Positions 52,564 through 63,376 of a DNA stretch of 64,000 nt are shown here, in pieces. The notes beneath the pieces were generated by a model. The model ran no database searches and was not told where the DNA came from. It saw only the letters and a program-made list of their open reading frames with translations. Positions within the stretch are counted from its first letter, which is position 1, and every line of letters begins with the position of its first letter. The position numbers and the translations under genes were made by a program. Origin of the DNA: Escherichia phage vB_EcoM_005; the sequence record MK295203; one strand, written 5' to 3'.

Positions 52564-53004
52564 CTATAGTATGGGAAATTGTACAACCCGGGCAATAGCG
52601 TCTAAAAACACATCATTTACTTTAGATGCAACCAATACAGATGAATCGCCAACTAAGACCTCTACAGGAAGTCCAAACACTTTAATAATAACCGGGTCGC
52701 CAAGTTCACCGCCCGAAGAAATAGAACCGGTAAATGTAATTTTATCAGATTGCTGAATAAATCCAGGTGCTCTGTTTTCTGTGGTAATAATAACAGAGTT
52801 CACAGGAAGCTCTGCTCTAAATGCAATATCATCTATTGCACTTTGAACCGTAGGAAAATAAACACCCTTCTGGGTTTGGTTTGCAGAAGGACCACCGATA
52901 GGTCGTTGGTCAGCGACAGCAGTAGGCTTGTCACTAGTGTAAGATAATTCCAAATAATCGGCTAAGCGGGATTTTAACCCGCTTTTCATTTCAGTTAAAG
53001 TCAT
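52564..53004 (-). CDS. 11: Baseplate wedge / short-tail-fiber attachment protein gp11, C-terminally frame-disrupted
   Basis: 146-aa track ORF; a further ~36 plausible codons (...IVQQPRAGYGKWEYLGNSTQSLAGGTVNGTIPLYYYKRLY*) lie in another frame and end in a TAATG overlap with the gp12 start. Confidence 0.7.
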   Translation of the reverse strand: MTLTEMKSGLKSRLADYLELSYTSDKPTAVADQRPIGGPSANQTQKGVYFPTVQSAIDDIAFRAELPVNSVIITTENRAPGFIQQSDKITFTGSISSGGELGDPVIIKVFGLPVEVLVGDSSVLVASKVNDVFLDAIARVVQFPIL

Positions 53005-54716
53005 TATGCAATCCTCAGATAAGCCGGTCCTTGTGAATCAGGGTCAACTAAACATCCACCTACAAAAATAGGGCCATCGTTATCAGCAATAAGGACTTTA
53101 TCATCGGTATTAAGTTCAGGGATATTCTCATATTTCAAATTAGCCACATGAGCACCACCGGTACCACCAGCAGTTGACTGTGGAATACCAGAAGAATCCA
53201 GATCGTTATTATTTGCATTAAACAAAGAAGCCGCGTCAGGAGACCAACCTACCAAGAACACATCAGATAAACGCTTCCATGAACCAAAGCCCATATAAGT
53301 TTTAGGGTTATTAGGGTTCACCGTGTTCTCGTAGATAGTTCCTATAGGGTAGATTAAATCAAAAAATGTTGCTGCTGTGTCTATTGTAATATTAGACGAG
53401 GCGACCGGCTCAACGTTAGGTGCAAAAGGATTATCTACATCAGTAATACGAACCTGGCCTGTTATATCAATCGATGGACCCTTAGAAATATAGATGTTGT
53501 TGGTATAATCCAAAATCTCATCAATTTCCATGGTGGTACCGATATCATTATTGTACCAAATTACTGTAAGAATATCGCCATGTTCAAAGTTACGTCCAAA
53601 TTCGATGGATTCAATCTTGTCTTCAGGAGTCAAATTAAAAATATAGTCTGATTTAGATTGAGTCCATTGACCACCGGCATTAAAACACTCGGTAGCAGTA
53701 CGACCATCAGCACCTTCACAATAAAACGAAGGAAGTCCAGCTGTACCTGCTTGATGAAGTAATGTGCTATTAAGCATAACTTGACAAGCATTTGGGTTGA
53801 TAGGGCTGTTAACAGAAATATTCAAATCAGCGGCTGATATAACATGCGAAGTATTCAAATCTCCGACGAAAGAAGAACCAGGAACAGAAACGTTTTTAGT
53901 CAATTCTGAACTTTGGATTGTTATATCACGGCGGTTATAAGAACTACGCCATTGAGCAAGCCCGTCATTATATGATTTGATAATAACAGTATCACCCGCT
54001 TCACAAGGATATTTTAAACGGATGTCTTTACCATTCAAGGCCACCAATTCACCTGGTTGAGCACCTGGAGAACCAAACTCTGCGGTAGCAGCATCAAAAA
54101 TATCATCAATACCGTAGAACAAATTGTTACCACGTTGTGAAACGCTTAAACTTGCTACGTTATAAGAAAGACCCGGGAAAACATCTAGAAAGTCTGTTTG
54201 ACCTTCAGTGGCAATAAACTGCTTAGTTGCTACAGTAGCAAGGTCGTTATTTGGAATACGGTTTACTTGCTTATTTTCAACATATTCCCAACGTCCTGGA
54301 GCACAATAAACTAATTCAAGGTCAGAGAAGTTGCGAGCAATTTCTACTTGAGTAGCTGAACCCTTAATGGTATCACCTGTGGCAGGGATTAGGGTTACAG
54401 GGTTAGCTTGCCATGAGGAATACACGTCACGTACACGGATAACAAAGTTATATTCTTCAGGGGAGCCTTTAGGAAGCTGAACGTTAATACGCCCACCTTG
54501 AGTATTAAGGGTATAGCTATGACCCATTACAGCGTTCAACAAAGCGCCATCTGCGGTAGAATGCTGTTTCCAAGCGCCTGCGGCATGTGGGTTGTTGCCA
54601 TCACCTAATTGGTAATAAAGCTCATTGAAGTTGTTATTAATTTTAAGACCACCTGCACGCAGGTAATCACCGGACCCGTCATCAACAGCGGAACCTACTT
54701 TTAAGTCTTGTTTCAT
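53004..54716 (-). CDS. 10: Baseplate wedge protein gp10
   Basis: 570 aa (T4 602 aa); synteny. Confidence 0.85.
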   Translation of the reverse strand: MKQDLKVGSAVDDGSGDYLRAGGLKINNNFNELYYQLGDGNNPHAAGAWKQHSTADGALLNAVMGHSYTLNTQGGRINVQLPKGSPEEYNFVIRVRDVYSSWQANPVTLIPATGDTIKGSATQVEIARNFSDLELVYCAPGRWEYVENKQVNRIPNNDLATVATKQFIATEGQTDFLDVFPGLSYNVASLSVSQRGNNLFYGIDDIFDAATAEFGSPGAQPGELVALNGKDIRLKYPCEAGDTVIIKSYNDGLAQWRSSYNRRDITIQSSELTKNVSVPGSSFVGDLNTSHVISAADLNISVNSPINPNACQVMLNSTLLHQAGTAGLPSFYCEGADGRTATECFNAGGQWTQSKSDYIFNLTPEDKIESIEFGRNFEHGDILTVIWYNNDIGTTMEIDEILDYTNNIYISKGPSIDITGQVRITDVDNPFAPNVEPVASSNITIDTAATFFDLIYPIGTIYENTVNPNNPKTYMGFGSWKRLSDVFLVGWSPDAASLFNANNNDLDSSGIPQSTAGGTGGAHVANLKYENIPELNTDDKVLIADNDGPIFVGGCLVDPDSQGPAYLRIA

Positions 54717-55477
54717 TATACTGGAACTCCAATAGTTTGGGTTTCTACGACCTTAATTGCAAGCCTCATAGGATTGACAGAAGAAGCGGTCGCGATAATA
54801 TAGTTTGATGTATCGAATTTAAAATCTAGGGAATAAATTTCGTCATCATCTGAAGTTTGTCCACGTTTAATAACAGCGTATTCGGTGGAATAAATCTTTC
54901 TAGCTTGGTTGTCGATAAACACAAGGTATTCTGAAGCTTTGTAAATGGTTTCGTTGGCATTCACTGCCGTAACTAAAAGTTTGACCAATGAATACTGGCC
55001 AGAATAAACCACTGGAATATCACGAGCTACAGAAGATATATTATATGTCTTATTTAATGGAACTCGTTTATCACCAAACATACTTTCAATTGAATAATCC
55101 CATACTGCAACGCCGTTTGTATCCGATACACACCATAAAAGAACTCGTGTATAAGGTGTTACGATACGCAAAGTCGAAGTTGAATGGCTTGCAAAAGTAT
55201 CCAATATACGGATTTCAAGATAATTAGTGGAAGAAATACTCCCGTTAGAGTTGATAATCTCGATTCCTTCACCGACTGCACCTTTTACAGTGGTTAATAG
55301 TAATTTCTGACCTGTTAATTCGCCTGTTAAAGCAGTTTTACGTTGGTCACCGAAAGTATTATAAATGTTGTTTAAGTCAGTGTTCAGTTTAACACCGCCG
55401 TCATAAAGAATGTCGCCGGTGCTGGCATTACCAATTTCACCGACGTCAATTAGTTCTTTACCAGTTTGCTTAATCAT
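54716..55477 (-). CDS. 9: Baseplate wedge / long-tail-fiber socket protein gp9
   Basis: KELIDVGEIGNASTGDILYDGG... matches the T4 gp9 N-terminus; 253 aa versus 288. Confidence 0.85.
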   Translation of the reverse strand: MIKQTGKELIDVGEIGNASTGDILYDGGVKLNTDLNNIYNTFGDQRKTALTGELTGQKLLLTTVKGAVGEGIEIINSNGSISSTNYLEIRILDTFASHSTSTLRIVTPYTRVLLWCVSDTNGVAVWDYSIESMFGDKRVPLNKTYNISSVARDIPVVYSGQYSLVKLLVTAVNANETIYKASEYLVFIDNQARKIYSTEYAVIKRGQTSDDDEIYSLDFKFDTSNYIIATASSVNPMRLAIKVVETQTIGVPV

Positions 55478-55518
55478 AGGTATGCCTCATTATTGATATA
55501 CTGTATTTATTAAACCCC

Positions 55519-55540
55519 GAAAGGGCCTTGCGGCCCTTAT
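55519..55540 (-). terminator. Terminator-like hairpin downstream of gene 8
   Basis: GGGCCGCAAGGCCC on the - strand followed by a U-rich tract. Confidence 0.5.
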
Positions 55541-56445
55541 TAGAATTCGAAGATAATGTTAATTTCTTCTGTTTGGTCCATGGAACGAATAACCGGAGGA
55601 CGGTTTTCCATATAAATCATTTCACCTGAGTGGCGGGAGAGGTCTATAACATCATAGTACTCTTTTTCGGCTTTAATGATCGGATCGGATGGGTGAGCTT
55701 TAGCTTCTAACGGGTTAGAAATTATCGAAAGCTGTCTAAATCCTTTGTTACCAGGCAGACTAAATTCAGGGAAGTAAACTGAATCTAAGAATGCTTTAAA
55801 ACGAATGGTATTGCCTTTAATACGATAAATCAATCCATAATCGTCTTGCTGCCAAGTAAGGTTATTCTCGTATCCCCAACGTTCTGGGTCTTCGGCAATT
55901 TCTTCCGGCCATGGAACCACGATATATTCATTAGTGCAACGGTTGATACTTACATCAGGTGGAATCTCATACAAATATTCCCAGGTACACTCGGTTTTAT
56001 TATCAAGGGACAAAATAGAACATGTACCTGAGTCAGGAATATCTACACAACGATAAACCATCCAACCTGCACCAACATCAGTACGGTTTTGAGGTTGGCT
56101 ATTCGCCACTACAATTTCACCAATCTGGAAAGTAAACGGGTTAGGATAAGAGGTATCGCCCCAGTCTTTGCGTGGGACAACACAATCCAACATGCTCTTA
56201 TAAACCTTAACACAACCCATCATGTTTGCCCAGACGTCTTCTACGCCTTCAGAATCATCTACAGGATATGGTGGGGCAAAGCCTGGGTCGTTTTCGTTAT
56301 CGGCCCATGGTCGGGCCCTTCCGAAAGATACATACATAGTGTTCTGGTCTTCACCATCACCTATTGTTCTGTAAAAGTTGTACATTTTTTCCGTTCTAAA
56401 TTTTGAAGTAACAATAGAACGATAAACTACTGTAGAATTAATCAT
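55540..56445 (-). CDS. 8: Baseplate wedge protein gp8
   Basis: YRSIVTSKFRTEKM...RCTNEYIVVPWPEE...EMIYMENRPP colinear with T4 gp8; 301 aa versus 334. Confidence 0.88.
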   Translation of the reverse strand: MINSTVVYRSIVTSKFRTEKMYNFYRTIGDGEDQNTMYVSFGRARPWADNENDPGFAPPYPVDDSEGVEDVWANMMGCVKVYKSMLDCVVPRKDWGDTSYPNPFTFQIGEIVVANSQPQNRTDVGAGWMVYRCVDIPDSGTCSILSLDNKTECTWEYLYEIPPDVSINRCTNEYIVVPWPEEIAEDPERWGYENNLTWQQDDYGLIYRIKGNTIRFKAFLDSVYFPEFSLPGNKGFRQLSIISNPLEAKAHPSDPIIKAEKEYYDVIDLSRHSGEMIYMENRPPVIRSMDQTEEINIIFEF

Positions 56446-56503
56446 TAATTTTTACCTGAGGGGCAAAGGTCACAGCACTTTGGTCAAACAAAATGCGCAT
56501 AGA

Positions 56504-59170
56504 CTAATCGGCAGGAATATCAAACGGTTCTCCTGCTTTAGGTCCAACGTTGTACATTGGAGCACCTGTACGAGGGTCTCGTTCTATATTACCATCAAAA
56601 CCTATTACAGCAACTCTATCATACCATTCAGATGGCAAACCTGAGTCCCATTTATAGTTCTTAAGGATATTAATAATAGTTTCTGTATGTTTTAGCGTTA
56701 AACCAACGTTAACAAACATAGAAAGCAAAGTTATACCTACAAAGCCGAAACCTACTGGATGAACAAATCTCAAAACATCTTTGCGATAACGAGAGGTAGG
56801 GAGATTAGACTTAATAGTCATCACATAATAAGAACGGTTACGGTTGATATAGTCGATATTGTTACTCAAAAGCTCTTTACCACGTACACCCTGAACAATC
56901 ATACCCTTGAACGAAGTACGTTCAGATTTAATTTCCTGTCCGACTATAAAACGACCTAAAAGGTTATGAATGGTTAAACGCCATTGCAGTTTACCATCTT
57001 TGTAATTTCGTTCTATATAAGTAACATTACTACGACCCGTAGGAGTATAAATCGTTTGGCCTACGATATCTTCACTGATATTGTCGGATTCTACGATGAT
57101 ATCATATTCGATAGAGTTCTTGGACTCGATATCAATTTCGACATCTTCGTTGTAAAGCAATTTAAACAGGAACTTATAAGAAGCTTCGGTACCTTTTGTA
57201 GACCAAAAATCGCTTTGGCGTGCCTGGAAAAAACGAACAACTTCATCGCGTTTTTCCTTTGACAAATAGATATTACGCTTATAGATTTCCGACCACAAAT
57301 ATTCCCATGAATCTTCTTCACGCGGATATTGGTTACGAATAAGATTCAACAAATTATTATAGTGCGTACCTGAGCCATCACTAATAAATTGGAGATAGTA
57401 TTCACAGAATTTTTCAAAGTTGGTATCTTGAAGCAAATAACTATCTGGAATCATTTTAACCAGTAAAGGTTGGAGGTCTGGGTCCTGCTCACCAACTTCC
57501 TCTTTAGGCTTCCATGGGATTTCATGTTCTTGGTTTTGCAATTCTGCCGTAAACATAATTTCTTTAGGCTTCCAAATAACACGGACTTCATCACGCACAC
57601 GATAGTCAAATTCAAAATATCCAACCAATTCACCCGTAGATTTGTGAATCATCATTCCGGAAGAATATTTCTTAAAGCCGTTAAATTCTATATTAGGAGA
57701 CGTGACTTTACAAAAACCTTTATTCCAAATCTCGTGAACAATACGTTCAGGTGAAGAACCACTGTTCAGGTCGATAATTTTCTGATATAAAGCATCATTA
57801 TAAACAACCATCGCATGGTCGCCGGTAGTAATCCATGAACGGGTTCCATCACGACGGGACCAACTAAAGAATGGTTCGGCATAATAAGCCATACGTCCAG
57901 GTTTAAATTCTTTGAAATCAGATTTAGAGTTAGACCTAAAACTCATCATCAAATAATGTTTATCATGAATCCATTGTTCATCTTTAACATATTTAACGGC
58001 TGAAGTGACAATTTCAGGATATTCCAAAGGAAGTTCAGAATCAACCTCTACTTCATATCTAAAGTTGCTCGAACTGAAAAATAATTCCTCTCCATCGGTA
58101 GACATGCTGGTATATCCATGCTCTATACGACGACGTTCTTCTTCAGTGTTTCCAAATACACGAGTCCATGTATCGGCTGAAGTGTCTAACCAATAAACAC
58201 CTTTAGATTCGGAATCAACCACATTGGATTCGACTGTAGGGTCCATTTTTTCTTCTTTAACTTCACCTGTAATTAAAGCAAATGTATGGCCTTGGATAGA
58301 ATCTAATTTATAACAAACAGCTTTAGGGTTCCCTGTGATAGTTGAATATCCGCTTTCAAATATCTTCTCTCCATAAGTCGGAGAACTAGGGTCGGTGTCT
58401 ATAGGGGCTTCAGATGTTTTTGCTTTATAAACTCTGTCTCTACCAGCAACATAAATGAATTCATCAGATGCGCACATGGCCTCGGCAATAGTAGAAATAG
58501 GTAAAGGAAGCTTTGCATATGAACCAAATATTTCGATTTCAAATGGAAGGTCGATATCGCTACCTATTTTAGCAAAAGTTACATCCTGGGAACTAAATCT
58601 AACGTCATCAGCAGACCAACGAATATCACTTGATTTACGTCCGTAAAATATTTGGTCATAACCTAGAACATAAGTGGTCGTGTCGGTTTGGTAATGTACC
58701 GTACGTGAAACAGGGTTACCTACTCGGTCATTAAACAAACGGATATAATGCCAGTTCTGCCCTTTATCATTAGAAACCTTAGCGGTGCTTTGGAATCTTT
58801 CTAAAAGGTAAAGTACACCGCCAAGTTCCATTAAAATAGAACGTTTAGGGTCTTTACAAACTGCTTGGATGCTTCCTTGGATTTCATGGAAACGGTCTGC
58901 TTTTAAAACATAATTTGATATAGATGACAAATGCGAATATGCAGGGGTAAAGTTAAAATCTTCACTCATCAAAGAAGCCATAATGGCGTCAGTATTAAAG
59001 TTCACATAATTCTGATTATTTTTTGTGAATTTTTCTTCAATAAATTTATTAGACAAAGTGAATTCGCGCATATGCTCAAATGTATATGCGTTGGTAGAGA
59101 AAGTTTCAAATTCTTCAGTGTAAACCCATTCAGACTGCTCAAACCCCTGGGCAGCTACCGCAACTCTCAT
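56504..59170 (-). CDS. 7: Baseplate wedge protein gp7
   Basis: 888 aa (T4 1032 aa); synteny. Confidence 0.8.
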   Translation of the reverse strand: MRVAVAAQGFEQSEWVYTEEFETFSTNAYTFEHMREFTLSNKFIEEKFTKNNQNYVNFNTDAIMASLMSEDFNFTPAYSHLSSISNYVLKADRFHEIQGSIQAVCKDPKRSILMELGGVLYLLERFQSTAKVSNDKGQNWHYIRLFNDRVGNPVSRTVHYQTDTTTYVLGYDQIFYGRKSSDIRWSADDVRFSSQDVTFAKIGSDIDLPFEIEIFGSYAKLPLPISTIAEAMCASDEFIYVAGRDRVYKAKTSEAPIDTDPSSPTYGEKIFESGYSTITGNPKAVCYKLDSIQGHTFALITGEVKEEKMDPTVESNVVDSESKGVYWLDTSADTWTRVFGNTEEERRRIEHGYTSMSTDGEELFFSSSNFRYEVEVDSELPLEYPEIVTSAVKYVKDEQWIHDKHYLMMSFRSNSKSDFKEFKPGRMAYYAEPFFSWSRRDGTRSWITTGDHAMVVYNDALYQKIIDLNSGSSPERIVHEIWNKGFCKVTSPNIEFNGFKKYSSGMMIHKSTGELVGYFEFDYRVRDEVRVIWKPKEIMFTAELQNQEHEIPWKPKEEVGEQDPDLQPLLVKMIPDSYLLQDTNFEKFCEYYLQFISDGSGTHYNNLLNLIRNQYPREEDSWEYLWSEIYKRNIYLSKEKRDEVVRFFQARQSDFWSTKGTEASYKFLFKLLYNEDVEIDIESKNSIEYDIIVESDNISEDIVGQTIYTPTGRSNVTYIERNYKDGKLQWRLTIHNLLGRFIVGQEIKSERTSFKGMIVQGVRGKELLSNNIDYINRNRSYYVMTIKSNLPTSRYRKDVLRFVHPVGFGFVGITLLSMFVNVGLTLKHTETIINILKNYKWDSGLPSEWYDRVAVIGFDGNIERDPRTGAPMYNVGPKAGEPFDIPAD

Positions 59171-59252
59171 TTTATAAAATGAATTAGGAGAAATGAATGC
59201 CTCTTCAAACCATTCGTTATTAGGGGTGTAACCTAAATTTCTCCAAAATAAT

Positions 59253-61121
59253 CTATCGTCGGGAATTTCTACACCCTTCCAACTCTATAGTTGTGTACTG
59301 AGGACGAAGGTCATCTTCAAATACGATTAAAGAACCGTCTTTGGTAAAGATGTTGTCTTGGTCTGGCCCTGCATAAAGTTCAATAGACTGGACTTCAAAA
59401 CGGTCGGAAGTAAGGCCTATTGCGGCGATATCCCAGAAAATAAAGTCTGAGTAATAATCAATTTCGCCAATTAAAGGACCTATAACCATTTTACCATCGC
59501 CTCGTTCGTCTTTATCTGTAGCAACAATACGTACGTTATAAGATTTAATATCATCAGATACGTTTGTTGGGACGAACTCAAATTCACTAGAAGTTACAGA
59601 ACGGTTGGTGTATTGATTATAGTATTTAATACCTGCTTCAGGTGTTTTGAAGAAGTTTAATACCTCGCGAACCATTGTTACCGTAGCCGAAGAGCCAAGG
59701 ATACTGTGGTCTGCATTATCAATATAAGTCAACATTTTAGACTTGGCAAATCCGTGGTTGAATATTTCAACTTCGTTAATATAATAACGGTCTATTTGGG
59801 AAAGGATTTGAGCCGTTAGCCATTGTTCAGATTCCTGTAATTTGTTCAGTGCATATGAAACCTTAATTTTATGTTTCAAGAACAAGTAGTCAGGAGAAAT
59901 AACCGAAGGAGTAATAGGCGCCAAGTTAAATTCTGAAAGATAATTTTGGATATCTTCGCGTTGTACTGCTGTCAAATATAATCCAGATTTAGGCTTAATG
60001 GTAACAAAAGCATAACCAGGTTTATTTGAATCGGTAAAGGTTTGTACTGCTTGTACAATAGACCCAAATCGTTCTGAAACGAATGTATCATAATCTGTAC
60101 CGGTTACAGCACGCATCTGGGCTTCGCGCTTAACTACAGCCAGCTCACGAATACGTTCAATATCTTCAGGGTCACCACCACCATCAGCACCTACATAATC
60201 CGGGTTTTCATCGTAGTTTTCTGTAATTTTTTCAACAGTAATATACGCCAAAGAATCCGCATAACTAAAGTCTACGGCACCGTTAGCAACTTCACCGTCA
60301 GTACGAAGATATTCTATAACAATGGTAGCATCTTTAACAGGTTTTAAACCACCGATATAATTGGCTTCTAATACACCACCTGCAACTGATTTTTCAGCAA
60401 CACCTTCACCAAAGAAGAATTCGGTATTACCATCTACGGTTTCGCGCATATAATAAATGGTAGATGTGCTACCAGCGTGAACCATGGATTTATTAGTCCA
60501 GTTAATCCATTCTGAGCCATCAACATAAAGCTTAACTTCTTGACGGTCGATATCCGGGTCGCGAATAAGAATAGGAGTTTTAGGGTCGTACTTAAGTTCA
60601 GTACGAATAATACGACCTTGTGCTAAAGATACAATAGGGAGATATTGGTTATTAACATCACGTACGGCAATAACGTTTTCCGTGGTAACAAAAGCATACG
60701 GGTCGGCCGAAGTATCACGGGCATAAGCCAAGAATTTAGTACCACGTGGGATACGAATATTCTTTTCATTCAGGGCCTGAGTACAGGTCAACATGATACT
60801 TGTTTTTGCTGCTGATTTAGAACTAGGAAGGTAGCCATTATCCTGTGCAGCCTGGACTACAGAGGAACGCAAGTTAGCGGTACCGATGAAAGATTCATAT
60901 ACGGCGGTGTTAGCAAACTGCTGCATATACAGGGTATTGTAAGCTAACATGTCAATCAGGATATTCATTCGCGAACCTACGAAATCATAATCCTGGAATT
61001 CTTTCTGGCTAGAAAGCCAATCGATAATATTCTTTTTAATCTCTTCAAACGTAGCTCCCACAAATACTTTTGGGATAGCGTTAACGGTTCTTGTTAATTG
61101 GTAATTCGTAGGAGTAGCCAT
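59253..61121 (-). CDS. 6: Baseplate wedge protein gp6 (C-terminus probably frame-disrupted)
   Basis: 622 aa (T4 660 aa); 38 stop-free codons (SWKGVEIPDDRLFWRNLGYTPNNEWFEEAFISPNSFYK) fill the 82-nt gap before gene 7 in a different frame. Confidence 0.8.
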   Translation of the reverse strand: MATPTNYQLTRTVNAIPKVFVGATFEEIKKNIIDWLSSQKEFQDYDFVGSRMNILIDMLAYNTLYMQQFANTAVYESFIGTANLRSSVVQAAQDNGYLPSSKSAAKTSIMLTCTQALNEKNIRIPRGTKFLAYARDTSADPYAFVTTENVIAVRDVNNQYLPIVSLAQGRIIRTELKYDPKTPILIRDPDIDRQEVKLYVDGSEWINWTNKSMVHAGSTSTIYYMRETVDGNTEFFFGEGVAEKSVAGGVLEANYIGGLKPVKDATIVIEYLRTDGEVANGAVDFSYADSLAYITVEKITENYDENPDYVGADGGGDPEDIERIRELAVVKREAQMRAVTGTDYDTFVSERFGSIVQAVQTFTDSNKPGYAFVTIKPKSGLYLTAVQREDIQNYLSEFNLAPITPSVISPDYLFLKHKIKVSYALNKLQESEQWLTAQILSQIDRYYINEVEIFNHGFAKSKMLTYIDNADHSILGSSATVTMVREVLNFFKTPEAGIKYYNQYTNRSVTSSEFEFVPTNVSDDIKSYNVRIVATDKDERGDGKMVIGPLIGEIDYYSDFIFWDIAAIGLTSDRFEVQSIELYAGPDQDNIFTKDGSLIVFEDDLRPQYTTIELEGCRNSRR

Positions 61122-61129
61122 TTTAATTC

Positions 61130-61423
61130 CTATTTTATGAATACTTTAGATGAGGCTTGTGCGACTGTATCTCCGCACGAAATAGGGTCTGCCATCTGGA
61201 CAGCCTTTTTGCCTGTAACATATACCTTTGATGTTCTAGGTTGGGTTACCCCACCATGGGTTTCATATGGTTTTTTAATTTCTGTATGTTCTGTAATAGG
61301 GTCACCATCTACTAATACAGGAATACCACCCGTAAATACTTTACCTTGGGTAGCGTTTATTACTGTAGGAGGCCATGCTTCATGACCTGCGGTTACACAT
61401 TGGTTATAACTTAAGCCCGACAT
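61130..61423 (-). CDS. 5.4: PAAR-repeat baseplate tip protein gp5.4
   Basis: 97 aa, same length and position as T4 gp5.4. Confidence 0.75.
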   Translation of the reverse strand: MSGLSYNQCVTAGHEAWPPTVINATQGKVFTGGIPVLVDGDPITEHTEIKKPYETHGGVTQPRTSKVYVTGKKAVQMADPISCGDTVAQASSKVFIK

Positions 61424-61944
61424 TATGGCCTCGCATATACATATTCTCTTAATTGGTTAGCCCATTTGCTCCAATTACCCACTATAACTTTGGTATAAAC
61501 CTTAGTAAGGGTTTTTCTTACCGGAGCAGGAGGTGGGTCTGTTTCGCTACCGGCTCTAGAATTACTACCGCCTGAGTTCCCTGTATCACCTCCTGACGAC
61601 TCTTCCTGAAAGTCATAGATTAATGTGACCGTATAAGAAAAAGTCTTCTGGAGATTGCTAGGGGCTTTCCAGAGGTATAATTGAGTGCTCTTGTCCTCTG
61701 GTAAATCTTTCCATGAACCGGCAGTTTTAAATTCATCACCTAATCGGTATTTTAATGCATCCTCAGAGAAACCAAATACTGATTCGTAAGTTCCATATAA
61801 ATGAGCCCCATCAACTGTGATGCCTTCTGTCGGCTCATATTCTGTTATATTTATTTCGACTAATGTTTCGTTTGTTTCTAATTGAGCGGTAAACGTAACA
61901 TCGATAGAGCTTCCTTCCATGGAATCTCCTAAATCAGTGCTCAT
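61423..61944 (-). CDS. 5.1: Hypothetical protein (5.1 position)
   Basis: Track ORF 61423..62004 overlaps the gp5 end; internal start [11 protein letters not shown] is likely. Confidence 0.5.
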   Translation of the reverse strand: MSTDLGDSMEGSSIDVTFTAQLETNETLVEINITEYEPTEGITVDGAHLYGTYESVFGFSEDALKYRLGDEFKTAGSWKDLPEDKSTQLYLWKAPSNLQKTFSYTVTLIYDFQEESSGGDTGNSGGSNSRAGSETDPPPAPVRKTLTKVYTKVIVGNWSKWANQLREYVYARP

Positions 61945-61954
61945 CGGTAGGATA

Positions 61955-63376
61955 TTAGCCAATGTCAATCCTCGAACCATCAATAGTATATTGACCGGAT
62001 GCAATTGAACTCATAGTCGACATAGTTTCAGACCAATTGCCTGCAACAGTCATATCAACGTTTCCATTTACGGACCATTTAACGTTTCCATTTACTGTAT
62101 AGTCATGGTTGCCTTCAACTAATGTTTTTGCATCGCCTTTAACAGTTATATCAGCATTACCCTCGACAAGAATTGTTACGTTTCCTTTAACAATAAGGGT
62201 CCCATCACCTTCTACGGTTTTAGTTTCATTACCACGAATATGATATCCGTCTGCTACTGTCTTGGAAGTTTTGCGACCATCAGGAGCAACTTCTTCATAA
62301 CTACCTGTAGGATGGATTAAACGATAACGTTCTTGCCCTGGAGTGTTATCAAATTCTTGGATATGCCCGCCTTCAGTCTGCATGGTTTGGACATATGGGT
62401 ATTCACCTTTATAACTAGAATCAGGCTCTTTAAAAAGAATCCTTGTATCTTCTGGAGTCCATGGGTCGGCAGGGTCTGAATTTTTAGGGGCTGCAAAGGT
62501 TTGAATCATTCTATACGAACGCCCTTTAAATGACCTTTCTTTAGGGGCCATAATACCGTATGATTCCATGTTACCTGTAAGGATAATCATTGATACCCTT
62601 GATGCACGACCTTTAGTTTGGTTAAACCACACAGAATCACGAGCGGCATCAAATGCTTTCTTATAATCTCCGGCTAACATTGCAGCGAGCATGGTTCTAA
62701 ATTTAGCCAGTCCACCCAATCCCATTTGGAAAGCCATGTTTTCAAGAGCCATTTGTCTTGAACGGTTTTCTTTATTGTAAACTGGCCCTACAACACTATG
62801 CCGACCTATATCGCTTTGGACTTTTTTAAGGTCTTCTTGGAATAATTTAGAAGCCTCGTCCATTGATATTGCACCTGGGTTACCTTTAACTTCTCGTCCT
62901 ACCTGATTAGATAATATTTTGTTTATTCGGTTCATATCTCTAATAGGTTGCGGTGTGATAAGGTGGCCTATACCTATAGTAGGATAACCTTCGGTGTCCC
63001 AATAGTTAATACCCACATCAGTGTTTGCATCTTGTATTACGTTAGAAGTGGCATCATATCCAACTTCACCGCCTCGGTTTAGTGCTGCAGCATCATTACC
63101 TAAATAAAGTGGATATTGACCTGTTGGGTCGCTAAAACCTTCATTAGGATTAGCCTTTTGTCTTGAAGCGGAACCATATGTACCGAGGACAAGCCCGTTT
63201 AATTTCCACTTATCAAGAAAGTGCCCATAAGTACGAAGGCCTTTTACAGGACCTTGGACCTTTTCGTAAGGATGCAAGCCCCAGACACGAACTCGAACGC
63301 GTCCTTGTTGGAGTGGGTCCATACGGTCTTCAACCACCCCTACGAACCAACTGACATTATCAGACATGTTAATCAT
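61955..63376 (-). CDS. 5: Baseplate hub / tail lysozyme gp5 (OB domain, lysozyme domain, C-terminal beta-helix)
   Basis: YWDTEGYPTIGIGHLI (T4-lysozyme-like) and VEGN/VNGN beta-helix repeats; ends ...SGQYTIDGSRIDIG; 473 aa versus 575 in T4. Confidence 0.88.
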   Translation of the reverse strand: MINMSDNVSWFVGVVEDRMDPLQQGRVRVRVWGLHPYEKVQGPVKGLRTYGHFLDKWKLNGLVLGTYGSASRQKANPNEGFSDPTGQYPLYLGNDAAALNRGGEVGYDATSNVIQDANTDVGINYWDTEGYPTIGIGHLITPQPIRDMNRINKILSNQVGREVKGNPGAISMDEASKLFQEDLKKVQSDIGRHSVVGPVYNKENRSRQMALENMAFQMGLGGLAKFRTMLAAMLAGDYKKAFDAARDSVWFNQTKGRASRVSMIILTGNMESYGIMAPKERSFKGRSYRMIQTFAAPKNSDPADPWTPEDTRILFKEPDSSYKGEYPYVQTMQTEGGHIQEFDNTPGQERYRLIHPTGSYEEVAPDGRKTSKTVADGYHIRGNETKTVEGDGTLIVKGNVTILVEGNADITVKGDAKTLVEGNHDYTVNGNVKWSVNGNVDMTVAGNWSETMSTMSSIASGQYTIDGSRIDIG

